Shown in pieces: positions 46,938-56,815 of a DNA stretch of 64,000 bases (position 1 is the first letter of the stretch; the number at the start of each line of letters is the position of its first letter). The notes below the pieces were generated by a model that ran no database searches, was not told the origin of the DNA, and saw only the letters and a list, made by a program, of their open reading frames with translations. The position numbers were made by a program, and so were the translations under genes. Source of the stretch: an uncultured Thermotogae bacterium (GTDB lineage: Bacteria > Bipolaricaulota > Bipolaricaulia > UBA7950 > UBA9294); contig CAZSNG010000003.1 of the NCBI GenBank assembly GCA_964608345.1, forward strand, positions 18,764 to 82,763, read 5' to 3'.

Positions 46938-49037
46938 ATGCAGTGCATCGTCAAGCGCGATGGTCGCGTCGTTCCATTCAACGAGGCCAAGATCACAACA
47001 GCCATCTGGAAGGCCATGCGGGCTGTCGGCGACCCCGACGAGCGCGCCGCGGAGGCGCTGTGCGGACTGGTCACTCGAGCGCTTGACTCTCGCTTCGTCG
47101 GCGAGTACCCGACGGTGGAGGAGATCCAGGATCTCGTCGAGGAGATCCTGATCTCCGCCGGGCGCACGCGGACCGCGAAGTCGTTCATTCTCTATCGCAG
47201 GCAGCACGAGGCGCTCCGAGAGATGCGCGACCTGATGTCCCAGCTGCCGATGGTCGAGGACTACCTCGACGATCGCGACTGGCGGGTCCGCGAGAACAGC
47301 AACATGACGTACTCGCTCCAGGGGCTGAATACCCACATCACCGACAAGATCATCTCCCAGTACTGGCTCGACAGGATCTATCCGGAGGCGATCCGCGCCG
47401 CTCACGAAGCGGGCGACTTCCACGTCCACGATCTTGGGACTCTCGGCGCGTACTGCGTCGGGTGGGATCTGCGCGACCTGCTGTTGGAGGGGTTCCGCGG
47501 CGTGCGAGGGAAGATCGAGTCGAAGCCGGCGAAGCACTTCCGGGTCGTCCTGCTCCAGGTCGTCAACTTCCTCTACACGCTTCAGGGAGAGTCGGCCGGG
47601 GCGCAGGCGTTCTCCAACGTCGACACGTACCTCGCTCCGTTCATCCGGGCCGACGGGCTCACCTACGACGAGGTGAAGCAGAACGTCCAGGAATTCGTCT
47701 ACAACATGAACGTCCCGACGCGGGTCGGATTCCAGACGCCGTTCACCAACGTGACGCTCGATCTGAAGGTTCCGCGGCACATGCGAGACGAGCCGGCGAT
47801 CATCGGCGGCGTCCTCCAAGAGTCGACGTACGGCGACTACCAGGCCGAGATGGACCTGTTTAACCGGGCGTTTGCCGAGGTCATGGAAGAGGGCGACATG
47901 CGCGGACGCCCGTTCACCTTCCCGATCCCGACGTACAACATCACCGAGGAGTTCGACTGGGAGAACCCGGTCCTCGATCCGGTTTGGGAGATGACTGCAA
48001 AGTACGGAATCCCGTACTTCTCGAACTTCATCAACAGCGACATGCATCCCGAGGACGCGCGCAGCATGTGCTGCCGACTGCGGATCGACAACCGCGAGTT
48101 GCGTAGCCGCGGTGGCGGGCTGTTCGGAGCGAATCCGCTCACCGGATCGATCGGCGTCGTCACGCTCAACCTCCCGCGCCTCGGCTATCTGGCGTCCGAC
48201 GAGGACAACTTCTTCGAGCGGCTCGGCGCGCTGATGGACCTTGCCAAGGAGGCGCTGAACGTCAAGCGCAAGACGCTCGAGTCTCTGACCGAGCAGGGGC
48301 TGTACCCCTACTCCAAGTTCTACCTGGAGCGGATCAAGGAGGCGGAGGGCGGCTACTGGCGGAACCACTTCTCGACGATCGGGCTGATCGGCATGAACGA
48401 GGCGCTGCTGAACCTCCTCGGATGTACGATCGCCGACGCCGAAGGACGCGAGTTCGCGCTCCGGGCGCTCGACTGGATGCGCGATCGGATCGGCGAATAC
48501 CAGGTCGAGACGCACGATATCTTCAACCTCGAGGCGACGCCGGCCGAGGGCGCGACCTATCGCTTGGCGAGGGCCGACCGGGAGCAATTTCCCGACCTGC
48601 GCGTCTACAACCTGGAGGCGTACGGCAGCGACGATCCGTACTACACGAACTCGACCCAGCTGCCGGTCGGATGGACCGACGACCTGTTCGAGGCGCTCGA
48701 ACTCCAGGATCCGTTGCAGACCCGCTACACCGGCGGCACCGTCTTCCACGGCTTTCTCGGCGAGCGCCCGTCGAGCGCCGAGGCGACGAAGCGGTTGGTC
48801 CGCAAGATCGCGGAGACGTTCCGGCTTCCGTACTACACGTTGACGCCGACCTTCTCGGTCTGCCCGCAGCACGGATACATCGTCGGAGAGCACGCGGCGT
48901 GCCCGACCTGCGAAGCGAAGACCGAGGTGTATTCCCGCGTCGTCGGATACCTGCGGCCGGTGGAGCAGTGGAACGACGGAAAGCAGGCCGAGTTCGCCGA
49001 CCGGCGGATCTTCGTGCCCGCGTCGGCCGCCGGCTGA
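46938..49037 (+). CDS. nrdD: Anaerobic ribonucleoside-triphosphate reductase (class III) with an N-terminal ATP-cone.
   Basis: The start is the ATG at 46938 (MQCIVKRDGRVVPFNEAKI, ATP-cone) with GGAGAGGGG upstream. The C-terminal glycyl-radical region reads RVVGY. The zinc ribbon reads CPQHGYIVGEHAACPTCEA. Confidence 0.9.
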   Translation: MQCIVKRDGRVVPFNEAKITTAIWKAMRAVGDPDERAAEALCGLVTRALDSRFVGEYPTVEEIQDLVEEILISAGRTRTAKSFILYRRQHEALREMRDLMSQLPMVEDYLDDRDWRVRENSNMTYSLQGLNTHITDKIISQYWLDRIYPEAIRAAHEAGDFHVHDLGTLGAYCVGWDLRDLLLEGFRGVRGKIESKPAKHFRVVLLQVVNFLYTLQGESAGAQAFSNVDTYLAPFIRADGLTYDEVKQNVQEFVYNMNVPTRVGFQTPFTNVTLDLKVPRHMRDEPAIIGGVLQESTYGDYQAEMDLFNRAFAEVMEEGDMRGRPFTFPIPTYNITEEFDWENPVLDPVWEMTAKYGIPYFSNFINSDMHPEDARSMCCRLRIDNRELRSRGGGLFGANPLTGSIGVVTLNLPRLGYLASDEDNFFERLGALMDLAKEALNVKRKTLESLTEQGLYPYSKFYLERIKEAEGGYWRNHFSTIGLIGMNEALLNLLGCTIADAEGREFALRALDWMRDRIGEYQVETHDIFNLEATPAEGATYRLARADREQFPDLRVYNLEAYGSDDPYYTNSTQLPVGWTDDLFEALELQDPLQTRYTGGTVFHGFLGERPSSAEATKRLVRKIAETFRLPYYTLTPTFSVCPQHGYIVGEHAACPTCEAKTEVYSRVVGYLRPVEQWNDGKQAEFADRRIFVPASAAG

Positions 49038-49038
49038 C

Positions 49039-49524
49039 ATGACAACTGAAGGCATCTTTGCGGTCGTGAGTGGTGTAGCCGCAGGTTCTGCTGCCGTGGC
49101 AGCGTGGGTGAGTATCCGTCTCATCACTCGCCGCCCGGAGATTGTGGCTGATCTCCTTGTTCGAAAGGGATCTCTCGACCTGGTGGTCGCCAACATCGGC
49201 AGAGGTGTGGCGTACGATATTGCTTTCGAGGCAACAGGAATCCCGTCTGCTGCGCTGAAGCAGTTTCGGGAATCGTCATTGCTCCGCCACGGCCTGTCCG
49301 TCTTCGCTCCTGGGCGAGAGTTCCGTGTTCCGCTTCTGAGTCTCACTGAGGAGTTCTGGGGCGACGGAAGAGGGTTCGAGGATCCGTTGACTCTGAAGGT
49401 GAAGTACAAGCATGGTGCTTTGCGGAGAAACCGAACTCGCAGGTTTGCGCTCAGACTAGGTGCGTTCTCGGACGACGTGCATGTCTCCGCGAGAGGTTTC
49501 TCAGCTATTGAGTGGGGAGAGTAG
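49039..49524 (+). CDS. Hypothetical protein (161 aa) with an N-terminal TM helix. Its GC content is about 57% in a genome of about 68% GC, and it sits inserted between nrdD and nrdG.
   Basis: The ATG at 49039 comes 1 nt after the nrdD stop. The N-terminus is MTTEGIFAVVSGVAAGSAAVAAWVSIRLI. Third-position A/T codons (aca act gaa ttt ...) are atypical for the window. Hand-counted GC is 53-60% per 60-nt block. It overlaps the nrdG 5' end. Confidence 0.5.
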   Translation: MTTEGIFAVVSGVAAGSAAVAAWVSIRLITRRPEIVADLLVRKGSLDLVVANIGRGVAYDIAFEATGIPSAALKQFRESSLLRHGLSVFAPGREFRVPLLSLTEEFWGDGRGFEDPLTLKVKYKHGALRRNRTRRFALRLGAFSDDVHVSARGFSAIEWGE

Positions 49525-50239
49525 TACCCGTTGGGGAATTCCGATTGGTGGCGCCCAGTGGACGACGCTCATCGACTTCCCGGGTGTCGTTGCGGCGACG
49601 CTGTTCACGATCGGGTGTACCTTCCGCTGTCCGTTCTGCCACAATCCCGAGCTGGTCGATCCGGACCGGCTCCCCGACCGGCTCGAAAGCGCGACGATCC
49701 TCGAGCGGCTGCGCGATCGGGCCGGATTCCTCGACGGCGTGGTGATCTCCGGCGGCGAACCGACGGTCCATCCCGGGCTTCGAGCGTTCGCGCAGTCGGT
49801 GAGGGACCTCGGCCTTCTCGTGAAGCTCGACACCAACGGCTCAGCCCCCGGCGTCATCGAAGAGCTGCTTGACGCGGGGCTCGTCGACTTCATCGCAATG
49901 GACGTCAAGGCGCCGCTCGATCGGTACGGCGAGCTGACCGGAGCCGACACGGACGTCGACGCGATCGAGGCGTCGATCGTACGGATCGTCGGTACGGCCC
50001 CAGACTACGAGTTCCGCACGACTGTCGCCCCGACGCTCGCTCGCGAGGACGTGCTGCGGATCGCCAGCCGGCTTCGAGCGGCCGGCGCGCGGCGGTTCTT
50101 CCTCCAGGCGTTCCGTGTCCCGGAGATAGGGCTTCTGGACCGCACGTGGGAGGAGCGAGCAGCACTGCCGGCGGATGAACTGGAATCGCTGTGGGACGAG
50201 ATCGGGTCGTCGTTCGACGACGGCGGGGTTCGCGGCTGA
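49460..50239 (+). CDS. nrdG: Anaerobic ribonucleotide reductase activating protein (radical SAM).
   Basis: The radical-SAM cluster reads CTFRCPFCHNPEL. A glycine-rich SAM motif reads VVISGGEP. The start is uncertain: a GTG at 49460 or the ATG at 49481, both inside the 3' end of the preceding ORF. Confidence 0.8.
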   Translation: MRSRTTCMSPREVSQLLSGESSTRWGIPIGGAQWTTLIDFPGVVAATLFTIGCTFRCPFCHNPELVDPDRLPDRLESATILERLRDRAGFLDGVVISGGEPTVHPGLRAFAQSVRDLGLLVKLDTNGSAPGVIEELLDAGLVDFIAMDVKAPLDRYGELTGADTDVDAIEASIVRIVGTAPDYEFRTTVAPTLAREDVLRIASRLRAAGARRFFLQAFRVPEIGLLDRTWEERAALPADELESLWDEIGSSFDDGGVRG

Positions 50240-50240
50240 C

Positions 50241-51236
50241 TCAGCCGGTACCGAGGCCGACCACTTCGCGGACCTCGGCGATCGTTGCATCGGCGACTGC
50301 CTGTGCGCGCCGGGCGCCGTCCTGAAGGATCTCGACGACATTTCCGGCGGCTTCCAGCTCGGCCCGCCGCTCCTGAATCGGGCGGAGGGCCGCCATCAGG
50401 TGCTCGAACGTCTCGTCTTTCAGGCGGGAGTACATCAGGCTGCCCGCGTCGTACTCCGATCGTAGCTCGCTGCCGATCGATGCGTCGCCGGCGATCTCCG
50501 CAGACAGCTCGAGGATCTCGAAGAGGTTCTCGACGCCGGGCGACATCGCGGCGCCGGCCTCGAGGCCGGTGTCGGTGACCGCGGAGCGGACCTTCTTGCG
50601 GATCGACGACTCGTCTTCGAGCACGCCGACGTAGTGCTGCTCGCCGGCGCTCTTGCTCATCTTCATCGACGGGTCGGAGAGCGACATGATGCGCGCGCCC
50701 TTGCCGACGATCGGCTCCGGCTCGGGAAAGACGTCGCCGAACCGCGCGTTGAACCGCCGGGCGATCCGTCGAGAGAGCTCGAGGTGCTGAACCTGATCCT
50801 CGCCGATTGGCACGCCGTGCGCCTTGTACAGCAGGATGTCGGCTGCCTGGAGAACCGGATAGGTGAACAGACCGGCGGAGACGAACTTCTTCCCGGCCGA
50901 CTTGTCCTTGAACTGGGTCATCCGGCTCAAGTCGCCGTGCGACGTGACGCAACTGAGAATCCAACCGAGCTCGGTGTGCGTCGGCACGTCGGATTGAACG
51001 AACAGGATCGTCCGATCCGGATCGATCCCGCACGCCAGCAGGTCGAGCGCCATCGCCCGCGCGGCGCGCCGCAGCTCCTCGGGATCGACCTCGATGGTGA
51101 TTGCGTGGTAGTCGACGATGCCGATCACGCAGTCATAGTCGTCCTGCATCGCGGCCCAATTCCGAACCGCCCCGAAGTAGTTGCCCACGTGCAGCGTGCC
51201 GGTTGGCTGGATGCCGGAGAAGACTCGTTTCTTCAT
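50241..51236 (-). CDS. trpS: Tryptophan--tRNA ligase.
   Basis: MKKRVFSGIQPTGTLHVGNYFGA (HIGH-like TLHVGN). KMSKS motif present (MKMSKS). Confidence 0.95.
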   Translation of the reverse strand: MKKRVFSGIQPTGTLHVGNYFGAVRNWAAMQDDYDCVIGIVDYHAITIEVDPEELRRAARAMALDLLACGIDPDRTILFVQSDVPTHTELGWILSCVTSHGDLSRMTQFKDKSAGKKFVSAGLFTYPVLQAADILLYKAHGVPIGEDQVQHLELSRRIARRFNARFGDVFPEPEPIVGKGARIMSLSDPSMKMSKSAGEQHYVGVLEDESSIRKKVRSAVTDTGLEAGAAMSPGVENLFEILELSAEIAGDASIGSELRSEYDAGSLMYSRLKDETFEHLMAALRPIQERRAELEAAGNVVEILQDGARRAQAVADATIAEVREVVGLGTG

Positions 51237-51383
51237 CGTTGACCACCTCCTGATGGCGTTTGTCCGTGGCTGAACCCACGGACGGACACGAGTATAAGGC
51301 GTGAGGTGCCGTCTGCAAGGGCGCTTTGGCTTGATCGCGCTTCTCCGGGTGGCGTATCATCGGACGGCGGAGGAAGGGGCGAG

Positions 51384-52094
51384 ATGAGCGACAAGCGGCT
51401 CGAGAAGACCGCGGAACTCGGTCCGGAAGAGCGGAGGTCGATCCTCGACCGGCTGATGGCCGACGGGGTCGTCGTGCCGGATCCGGAACGGACGTATGTC
51501 GGAACGGACGTTGCCGTGGCCCCGGGAACCATCCTCTACCCGGGGACGCACTTGCGCAGCGGGACCCAGGTCGGTCCGGACTGCCGGATCGGACCGGACA
51601 GCTGGATCGAGGACACGACCATCGAAGAGCGATGCACCGTTCGCTATTCCGTTCTGGAAGGGGCCCACGTCCGCGCCGATTCGACGATCGGACCGTACGC
51701 TCATCTGCGTCCCGGCGCCGACGTCGGTCCGGAGGCGCGCGTCGGGAACTTCGTCGAGGTGAAGCAATCCCGTCTCGAACGGGGCGTGAAGGCGGGTCAC
51801 CTCGCGTACATCGGCAACTCCGAACTCGGTGAAGGAACGAACGTCGGCGCCGGCGCGATCACCTGCAACTACGATGGTGCCGCGAAGCACCGGACGGTCG
51901 TCGGCAAAGACACGTTCATCGGAACGAACGCGTCGCTCGTCGCCCCGGTGACGATCGGCGAGGGGGCCGTGATCGCGGCCGGATCGACGATCACCGAGGA
52001 CGTTCCGGCCGGCGGTCTGGCGTTCGGACGCGCACGCCAGGTGAACAAGGACAAGAAGCGAGAGACCGAGGAGGGCGCACAGGATGATCGGTAG
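51384..52094 (+). CDS. Hexapeptide-repeat acetyltransferase equivalent to the C-terminal domain of GlmU (glucosamine-1-phosphate N-acetyltransferase). The N-terminal uridyltransferase domain is absent.
   Basis: GGAGGAAGGGG Shine-Dalgarno. The protein aligns, from memory, with E. coli GlmU from the linker onward ([80 protein letters not shown]). Only 147 bp separate it from the divergent trpS start. Confidence 0.75.
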   Translation: MSDKRLEKTAELGPEERRSILDRLMADGVVVPDPERTYVGTDVAVAPGTILYPGTHLRSGTQVGPDCRIGPDSWIEDTTIEERCTVRYSVLEGAHVRADSTIGPYAHLRPGADVGPEARVGNFVEVKQSRLERGVKAGHLAYIGNSELGEGTNVGAGAITCNYDGAAKHRTVVGKDTFIGTNASLVAPVTIGEGAVIAAGSTITEDVPAGGLAFGRARQVNKDKKRETEEGAQDDR

Positions 52095-53040
52095 AGAGCT
52101 GAAGCTCCTCTGCGGCAACGGGAACCCGCAATTGGCGGCGGAGATCTCCGAGGCGCTCGGCGTCGAGCTGTGCGACGCCGCAGTGACGCGATTCGGGGAC
52201 GGCGAAGTCCGGGTACGGATTCGCGAGACGGTCCGAGGTGCGGACGTCTTCGTGATCCAACCGACCTGTCCTCCGGTGAACGAGACGTTGATGGAGCTCC
52301 TCATCATGATCGATGCCATCCGGCGTGCGTCGGCGCGTCAGGTGGTCGCGGTCGTTCCATACTACGGGTACGCCAGGCAGGACCGGAAGCACACCGGACG
52401 GGTCCCGATCACGGCGCGGTTGGTCGCCAACCTGATTGAGGTCGCCGGCGCGGACCGCGTCCTGACGATGGACCTCCACGCCGGCCAGATCCAGGGCTTC
52501 TTCAATGTCCCGGTAGACAACCTACGAACGGACTGGGTATTCGCCGAGCACATCCGCGACAACTTCGATCGATTGGACGACGCAATCATCGTCTCCCCGG
52601 ACGCGGGCGGCGCGGTGCGCGCTCGGATGATCGCGGAGCGGCTCGACATGCCGCTGGCGATCCTCGAGAAGCGACGGTCGCAGGACGGCTCCGACGTGCG
52701 CGTGATGAACGTTATCGGTGACGTGGACGGGAAGCGGGCGATCCTGGTTGACGACATCCTCTCCTCCGGCGGGACGATGGTGAAGGCCGCAAACACGCTC
52801 GTCGAGCATGGCGCAGCGGAGGTGTCGGCCTACTGCACCCACGGGACACTGTCGGGTGACGCGCTCGAGTTGGTGGCGGAATCACCCTTGAAACGGGTGG
52901 TTCTGACCAATACCATCTTCAACCAGAGCGCGGACGAGAGTGAGTTTGTCGACTACATCCACGTCGGGGAGCATCTGGCGACGACGATTCATCGAATCTT
53001 CGAGTACAAGTCGGTGAGCCACCTCTTCCCGCATTACTAG
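52084..53040 (+). CDS. prs: Ribose-phosphate pyrophosphokinase.
   Basis: [23 protein letters not shown]...; PRPP-binding motif [12 protein letters not shown]. Confidence 0.95.
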   Translation: MIGRELKLLCGNGNPQLAAEISEALGVELCDAAVTRFGDGEVRVRIRETVRGADVFVIQPTCPPVNETLMELLIMIDAIRRASARQVVAVVPYYGYARQDRKHTGRVPITARLVANLIEVAGADRVLTMDLHAGQIQGFFNVPVDNLRTDWVFAEHIRDNFDRLDDAIIVSPDAGGAVRARMIAERLDMPLAILEKRRSQDGSDVRVMNVIGDVDGKRAILVDDILSSGGTMVKAANTLVEHGAAEVSAYCTHGTLSGDALELVAESPLKRVVLTNTIFNQSADESEFVDYIHVGEHLATTIHRIFEYKSVSHLFPHY

Positions 53041-53073
53041 ACGAAACCACGACGAGCAGCTGGGAGAACGAGG

Positions 53074-53757
53074 ATGAATACGCTGGAAGTGAAGCAGAGG
53101 AAGGCCGGGAAGGCGAACGCCCTCCGGCGGGACGGGCAGGTGCCTGGAGTCATCTACGGTCCTTCGATCGAAAGCACGCCGATCGCGATTGCGCGCAAGG
53201 ATCTTCAAGCGCTCTTCGCGCAGATCACGCGCAGTTCGCGGATCAACCTCGCCATCGCCGGGGAGGATGGGACGAAGGAGCTCGACGTCTTCCTCAAGGT
53301 GGTCGACTACGATCCGGTCACCGATGAGCCGAAGCACGTCGACTTCTACCATCCCGACGTCGGGCGCCCACTGAAGCTGTCTGTGCCGGTGAAGGTCACC
53401 GGGGAAGCGCAGGGCGTGAAGTCCGGAGGGATCCTCAACGTGCTGTTCAACACGATCCCCGTCCATGGGCTTCCGGAGGACGTTCCGCACCTGATCACGA
53501 TCGACGTCTCCGAGCTCGATCTCGGGGAGTCGATCCACGCGCGGGACATCGACTTCGGTGACATCGAGCCGATGCTGCCTCCGGAGCGGACCATCGTGAC
53601 CGTCATCGCGCCTCGCGGCATGGAGATGAGCGAGGAGGAGGAAGCCGCAGCGCTCGAACTCGAGGAGGCCGAGCTTGCCGAGGGCGAGGAGGCCGAAGAC
53701 GGGGAGCAGGAAGCGCAGGCAGAGGGTGGAGAGGAGACCGCTGCCGACGAGGGCTAG
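53074..53757 (+). CDS. rplY: 50S ribosomal protein L25 / general stress protein Ctc.
   Basis: The L25 N-domain reads LEVKQRKAGKANALRRDGQVPGVIYG. A C-terminal Ctc-type extension carries an acidic tail. Confidence 0.9.
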   Translation: MNTLEVKQRKAGKANALRRDGQVPGVIYGPSIESTPIAIARKDLQALFAQITRSSRINLAIAGEDGTKELDVFLKVVDYDPVTDEPKHVDFYHPDVGRPLKLSVPVKVTGEAQGVKSGGILNVLFNTIPVHGLPEDVPHLITIDVSELDLGESIHARDIDFGDIEPMLPPERTIVTVIAPRGMEMSEEEEAAALELEEAELAEGEEAEDGEQEAQAEGGEETAADEG

Positions 53758-54330
53758 GTGAAGGCGGTCTTCGGGCTCGGCAACCCCGGCCTGACCTACG
53801 CGCTGACGCGGCACAACGTCGGATTCGAAGCCGTGGACCTGTACCGGAAGGTCCATCGGCTTCGGCGGAAAGGGCAGATCGTAAGCTCCGCCCTTGTCTA
53901 TTCCACCGGCAAGCTCCTGTTGGTCAAGCCGATGACGTTCATGAACGACAGCGGGTCCGCGGTTCGAGGCATCCTGTCGAAGCACGGCATTCCACCCGAG
54001 GATGCGCTCGTCGTCTACGACGACCTCGACCTTCCGCTCGGGCGGATTAAGCTGCTCGGCGCCGGAGGCGCGGGCACGCACAAAGGGATGGCGTCGATCG
54101 TGAACGCGCTCGGCACGGAACGAATCCCCCGTCTCAAGGTTGGAATCGAGATCGACGAGCGGACGAGGACGGGGCGCGACTTCGTCCTCGATCGGTTCAC
54201 GCCGGAGGAGTGGGCGCGCGTCCTCCCCGCACTAGAGCGGGCGGTCGACGCGATCGCTCTGTTCCGTGAAGCCGATATCGAGGCGGTGATGACCCGATTC
54301 AACCGCCGCGACGATGCGGTTGTCGACTGA
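53758..54330 (+). CDS. pth: Peptidyl-tRNA hydrolase.
   Basis: GTG start. VKAVFGLGNPGLTYALTRHNVGF...MNDSG. Confidence 0.9.
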   Translation: MKAVFGLGNPGLTYALTRHNVGFEAVDLYRKVHRLRRKGQIVSSALVYSTGKLLLVKPMTFMNDSGSAVRGILSKHGIPPEDALVVYDDLDLPLGRIKLLGAGGAGTHKGMASIVNALGTERIPRLKVGIEIDERTRTGRDFVLDRFTPEEWARVLPALERAVDAIALFREADIEAVMTRFNRRDDAVVD

Positions 54331-54393
54331 AGCCGGACCGGTATACTGTCGGCGTTCTGGGGATCCGCGACGGGACAGATCAGGAGGAGAGAG

Positions 54394-56814
54394 ATGTACG
54401 ACAAGTTCTCGCAAGAGGCGATGGAGATCATCGCGATCTCCCAGGAGGAGGCCGAGGGCTGGCGGCATAGCTACGTGGGCACCGAGCACCTGCTTCTCGC
54501 GTTCCTCAAGGTCACCGACAGCGAGGTTTGTCGCTTCCTGACGTCGAACGGCGTGTCCTACGACAAGGTCGCTGCGCTCCTCGAAGAGGAGAAGGAGCGC
54601 GGGGAGGTTCGTCTCTCCGCCGACGACCTCGAGCCGACCGCGCGGCTGAAGCGGGTTATGAAGGTCTCGTTCGAGGAAGCGCGCCGGGCCGGGCTGAACG
54701 CGATCCGCCCCGAACACCTCCTGCTTGGCCTGCTCCGCGAGGGCGAGGGAACTGGCGCGGAGCTGCTCCAGCACCTTGGCATCGATTTGAACAAGGCGCG
54801 CGGCTACTTCCTTCCTCCCGGCGGCCTCGGGATGGCGGTGCGCAGCTCGCGACGGGGAACACAGCGCAAGGGCGACCTGTCCGAATTCGGCCGGAATCTG
54901 GTCGAGGAAGCAATGGCCGGGAAGCTCGATCCGGTGATCGGCCGCGAGGAGGAGATGGAGCGGATCATTCAGACGCTCACTCGTCGTCGGAAGAACAACC
55001 CGGCGCTGATCGGGGAGTCGGGCGTCGGGAAGACCGCCGTCGTCGAGGGGCTCGCCCAGCGGATCGCCAGCGGCGACGTGCCTGCGCTCCTTCGATCGAA
55101 AGAGATCATCGAACTCGACATGGCGTCGGTCGTTGCGGGGACGAAGTACCGGGGGGAATTCGAGCAGCGGCTAAAGACGCTGATCAACAAGGTCGCCGAG
55201 GAAGACAACGTGATCCTGTTCATCGACGAGCTTCAGACGGTTGTCGGGGCCGGCGGGGCCGAAGGGGCGATCGATGCCTCGTCGATCCTCAAGCCGCCGC
55301 TCGCCTCCGGCGCAATCCAATGCATCGGCACGGCGACGCTCGACGAGTACCGAAAGTCGGTCGAGAAGGACCCAGCGCTCAAGCGCCGGTTCAAGACGAT
55401 CTACGTCGAAGAGCCGAACGTCGACGAGACGGTCAAGATCCTCCGAGGTCTGCGCCCGCAATACGAGAAGCATCACGGCGTGAAGATCAGCGACGACGCC
55501 CTCCTGCAGGCGGCGAGGCTGTCGGATCGGTACGTGACCGATCAGTTTCTGCCGGATAAAGCGATCGACCTGATCGACGAAACCTCGGCGCGCATCAAGC
55601 TGCAGCGGACCCGCGTTCCCGACGAGGCACGCGAGCTGATGGACGAGGTCGACGGTCTCGACGAGCAGGAGCGCGACGCGGTCGCTGCACAGGAGTACGA
55701 GACGGCGGCCAACCTCCGGGATCGCAAGGCGGAGCTCCTCGCGCGGATCGAGGAACTGAACGAGACGGCGTACCACGGGAACGATCTCCAGGTGGCCGGC
55801 CGGGACATCGCGGGGATGGTCGCGATGTGGACCGGCGTACCGATCGGCCACGTCCAGGAGGAAGAGACGGCCCGGATGGTCCACATGGAGGACAAGGTGC
55901 ACGAGCGGCTGATCGCGCAGGACGAGGCGGTTCGCGCCGTATCCCGTTCGATCCGCCGCGCCTACGCCGGGGTGAAGAACCCGCGCCGTCCGGTCGGCGT
56001 GTTCATGTTCCTCGGGCCGACCGGCGTCGGAAAGACCGAGTTATCGAAGACGTTGGCCGAGTTCCTGTTCGGCGACGAGGACGCGCTGATCCGCGTCGAC
56101 ATGTCGGAGTACATGGAGCGATTCTCCGTCTCGCGCCTGACCGGGGCCCCTCCCGGATACGTCGGGTACGAGGAAGCCGGCGAGCTGACCGAGAAGGTCC
56201 GCCATCGACCGTACTCCGTCGTCCTGTTCGACGAGATCGAGAAGGCGCATCGCGACGTGTTCAACATCCTCCTTCAGGTGATGGAGGACGGAATCCTGAC
56301 CGACTCGCAGGGACGGCGCATCGACTTCCGCAACACCGTCCTCATCATGACGTCGAACGTCGGGAGTGACCTGATCACCGATCGCGGGACGCTTGGATTC
56401 TCCGACCAGGATGAGACGTCCGACGAGTCGTACCAGGACATGAAGTCGCGGGTGACCGGCGAGGCGCGGAAGGTCTTCCGCCCCGAGTTCCTCAACCGGC
56501 TCGATGACATCATCGTCTTCCACCAGCTGAACCGCGAGCAGGTTCGCGAAATCGCCGACCTGATGATTCACGAGCTGCAGGCCCGGCTCGCCGAGGAGCG
56601 CGAGATCGAGCTGACCCTCGATGGCACGGCGTGGAAGCTGCTGATCGAGAAGGGGTACGAGGTGAAGTACGGGGCACGCCCGATGCGCCGGACGATCGAG
56701 CGGCTGATCGAGAACCCGATGTCCGAGGAGATTCTCCTCGGCAATTTTCCGGCCGGGTCCGCGGTCACGGCGGTCGCGGACGGCGAGGAGCTCCGCTTCG
56801 AAGAGAGCGGGTGA
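54394..56814 (+). CDS. clpC: ATP-dependent Clp protease ATP-binding subunit ClpC.
   Basis: Two N-terminal Clp_N repeats and two AAA+ modules are present (GESGVGKTAVVEGLA; GPTGVGKTELSKTLA), plus a UVR-like linker. Confidence 0.95.
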   Translation: MYDKFSQEAMEIIAISQEEAEGWRHSYVGTEHLLLAFLKVTDSEVCRFLTSNGVSYDKVAALLEEEKERGEVRLSADDLEPTARLKRVMKVSFEEARRAGLNAIRPEHLLLGLLREGEGTGAELLQHLGIDLNKARGYFLPPGGLGMAVRSSRRGTQRKGDLSEFGRNLVEEAMAGKLDPVIGREEEMERIIQTLTRRRKNNPALIGESGVGKTAVVEGLAQRIASGDVPALLRSKEIIELDMASVVAGTKYRGEFEQRLKTLINKVAEEDNVILFIDELQTVVGAGGAEGAIDASSILKPPLASGAIQCIGTATLDEYRKSVEKDPALKRRFKTIYVEEPNVDETVKILRGLRPQYEKHHGVKISDDALLQAARLSDRYVTDQFLPDKAIDLIDETSARIKLQRTRVPDEARELMDEVDGLDEQERDAVAAQEYETAANLRDRKAELLARIEELNETAYHGNDLQVAGRDIAGMVAMWTGVPIGHVQEEETARMVHMEDKVHERLIAQDEAVRAVSRSIRRAYAGVKNPRRPVGVFMFLGPTGVGKTELSKTLAEFLFGDEDALIRVDMSEYMERFSVSRLTGAPPGYVGYEEAGELTEKVRHRPYSVVLFDEIEKAHRDVFNILLQVMEDGILTDSQGRRIDFRNTVLIMTSNVGSDLITDRGTLGFSDQDETSDESYQDMKSRVTGEARKVFRPEFLNRLDDIIVFHQLNREQVREIADLMIHELQARLAEEREIELTLDGTAWKLLIEKGYEVKYGARPMRRTIERLIENPMSEEILLGNFPAGSAVTAVADGEELRFEESG

Positions 56815-56815
56815 C

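Noticed and set aside
46881-49409. 842-aa minus-strand ORF.
   Set aside because: Antisense to nrdD; compositional artefact.
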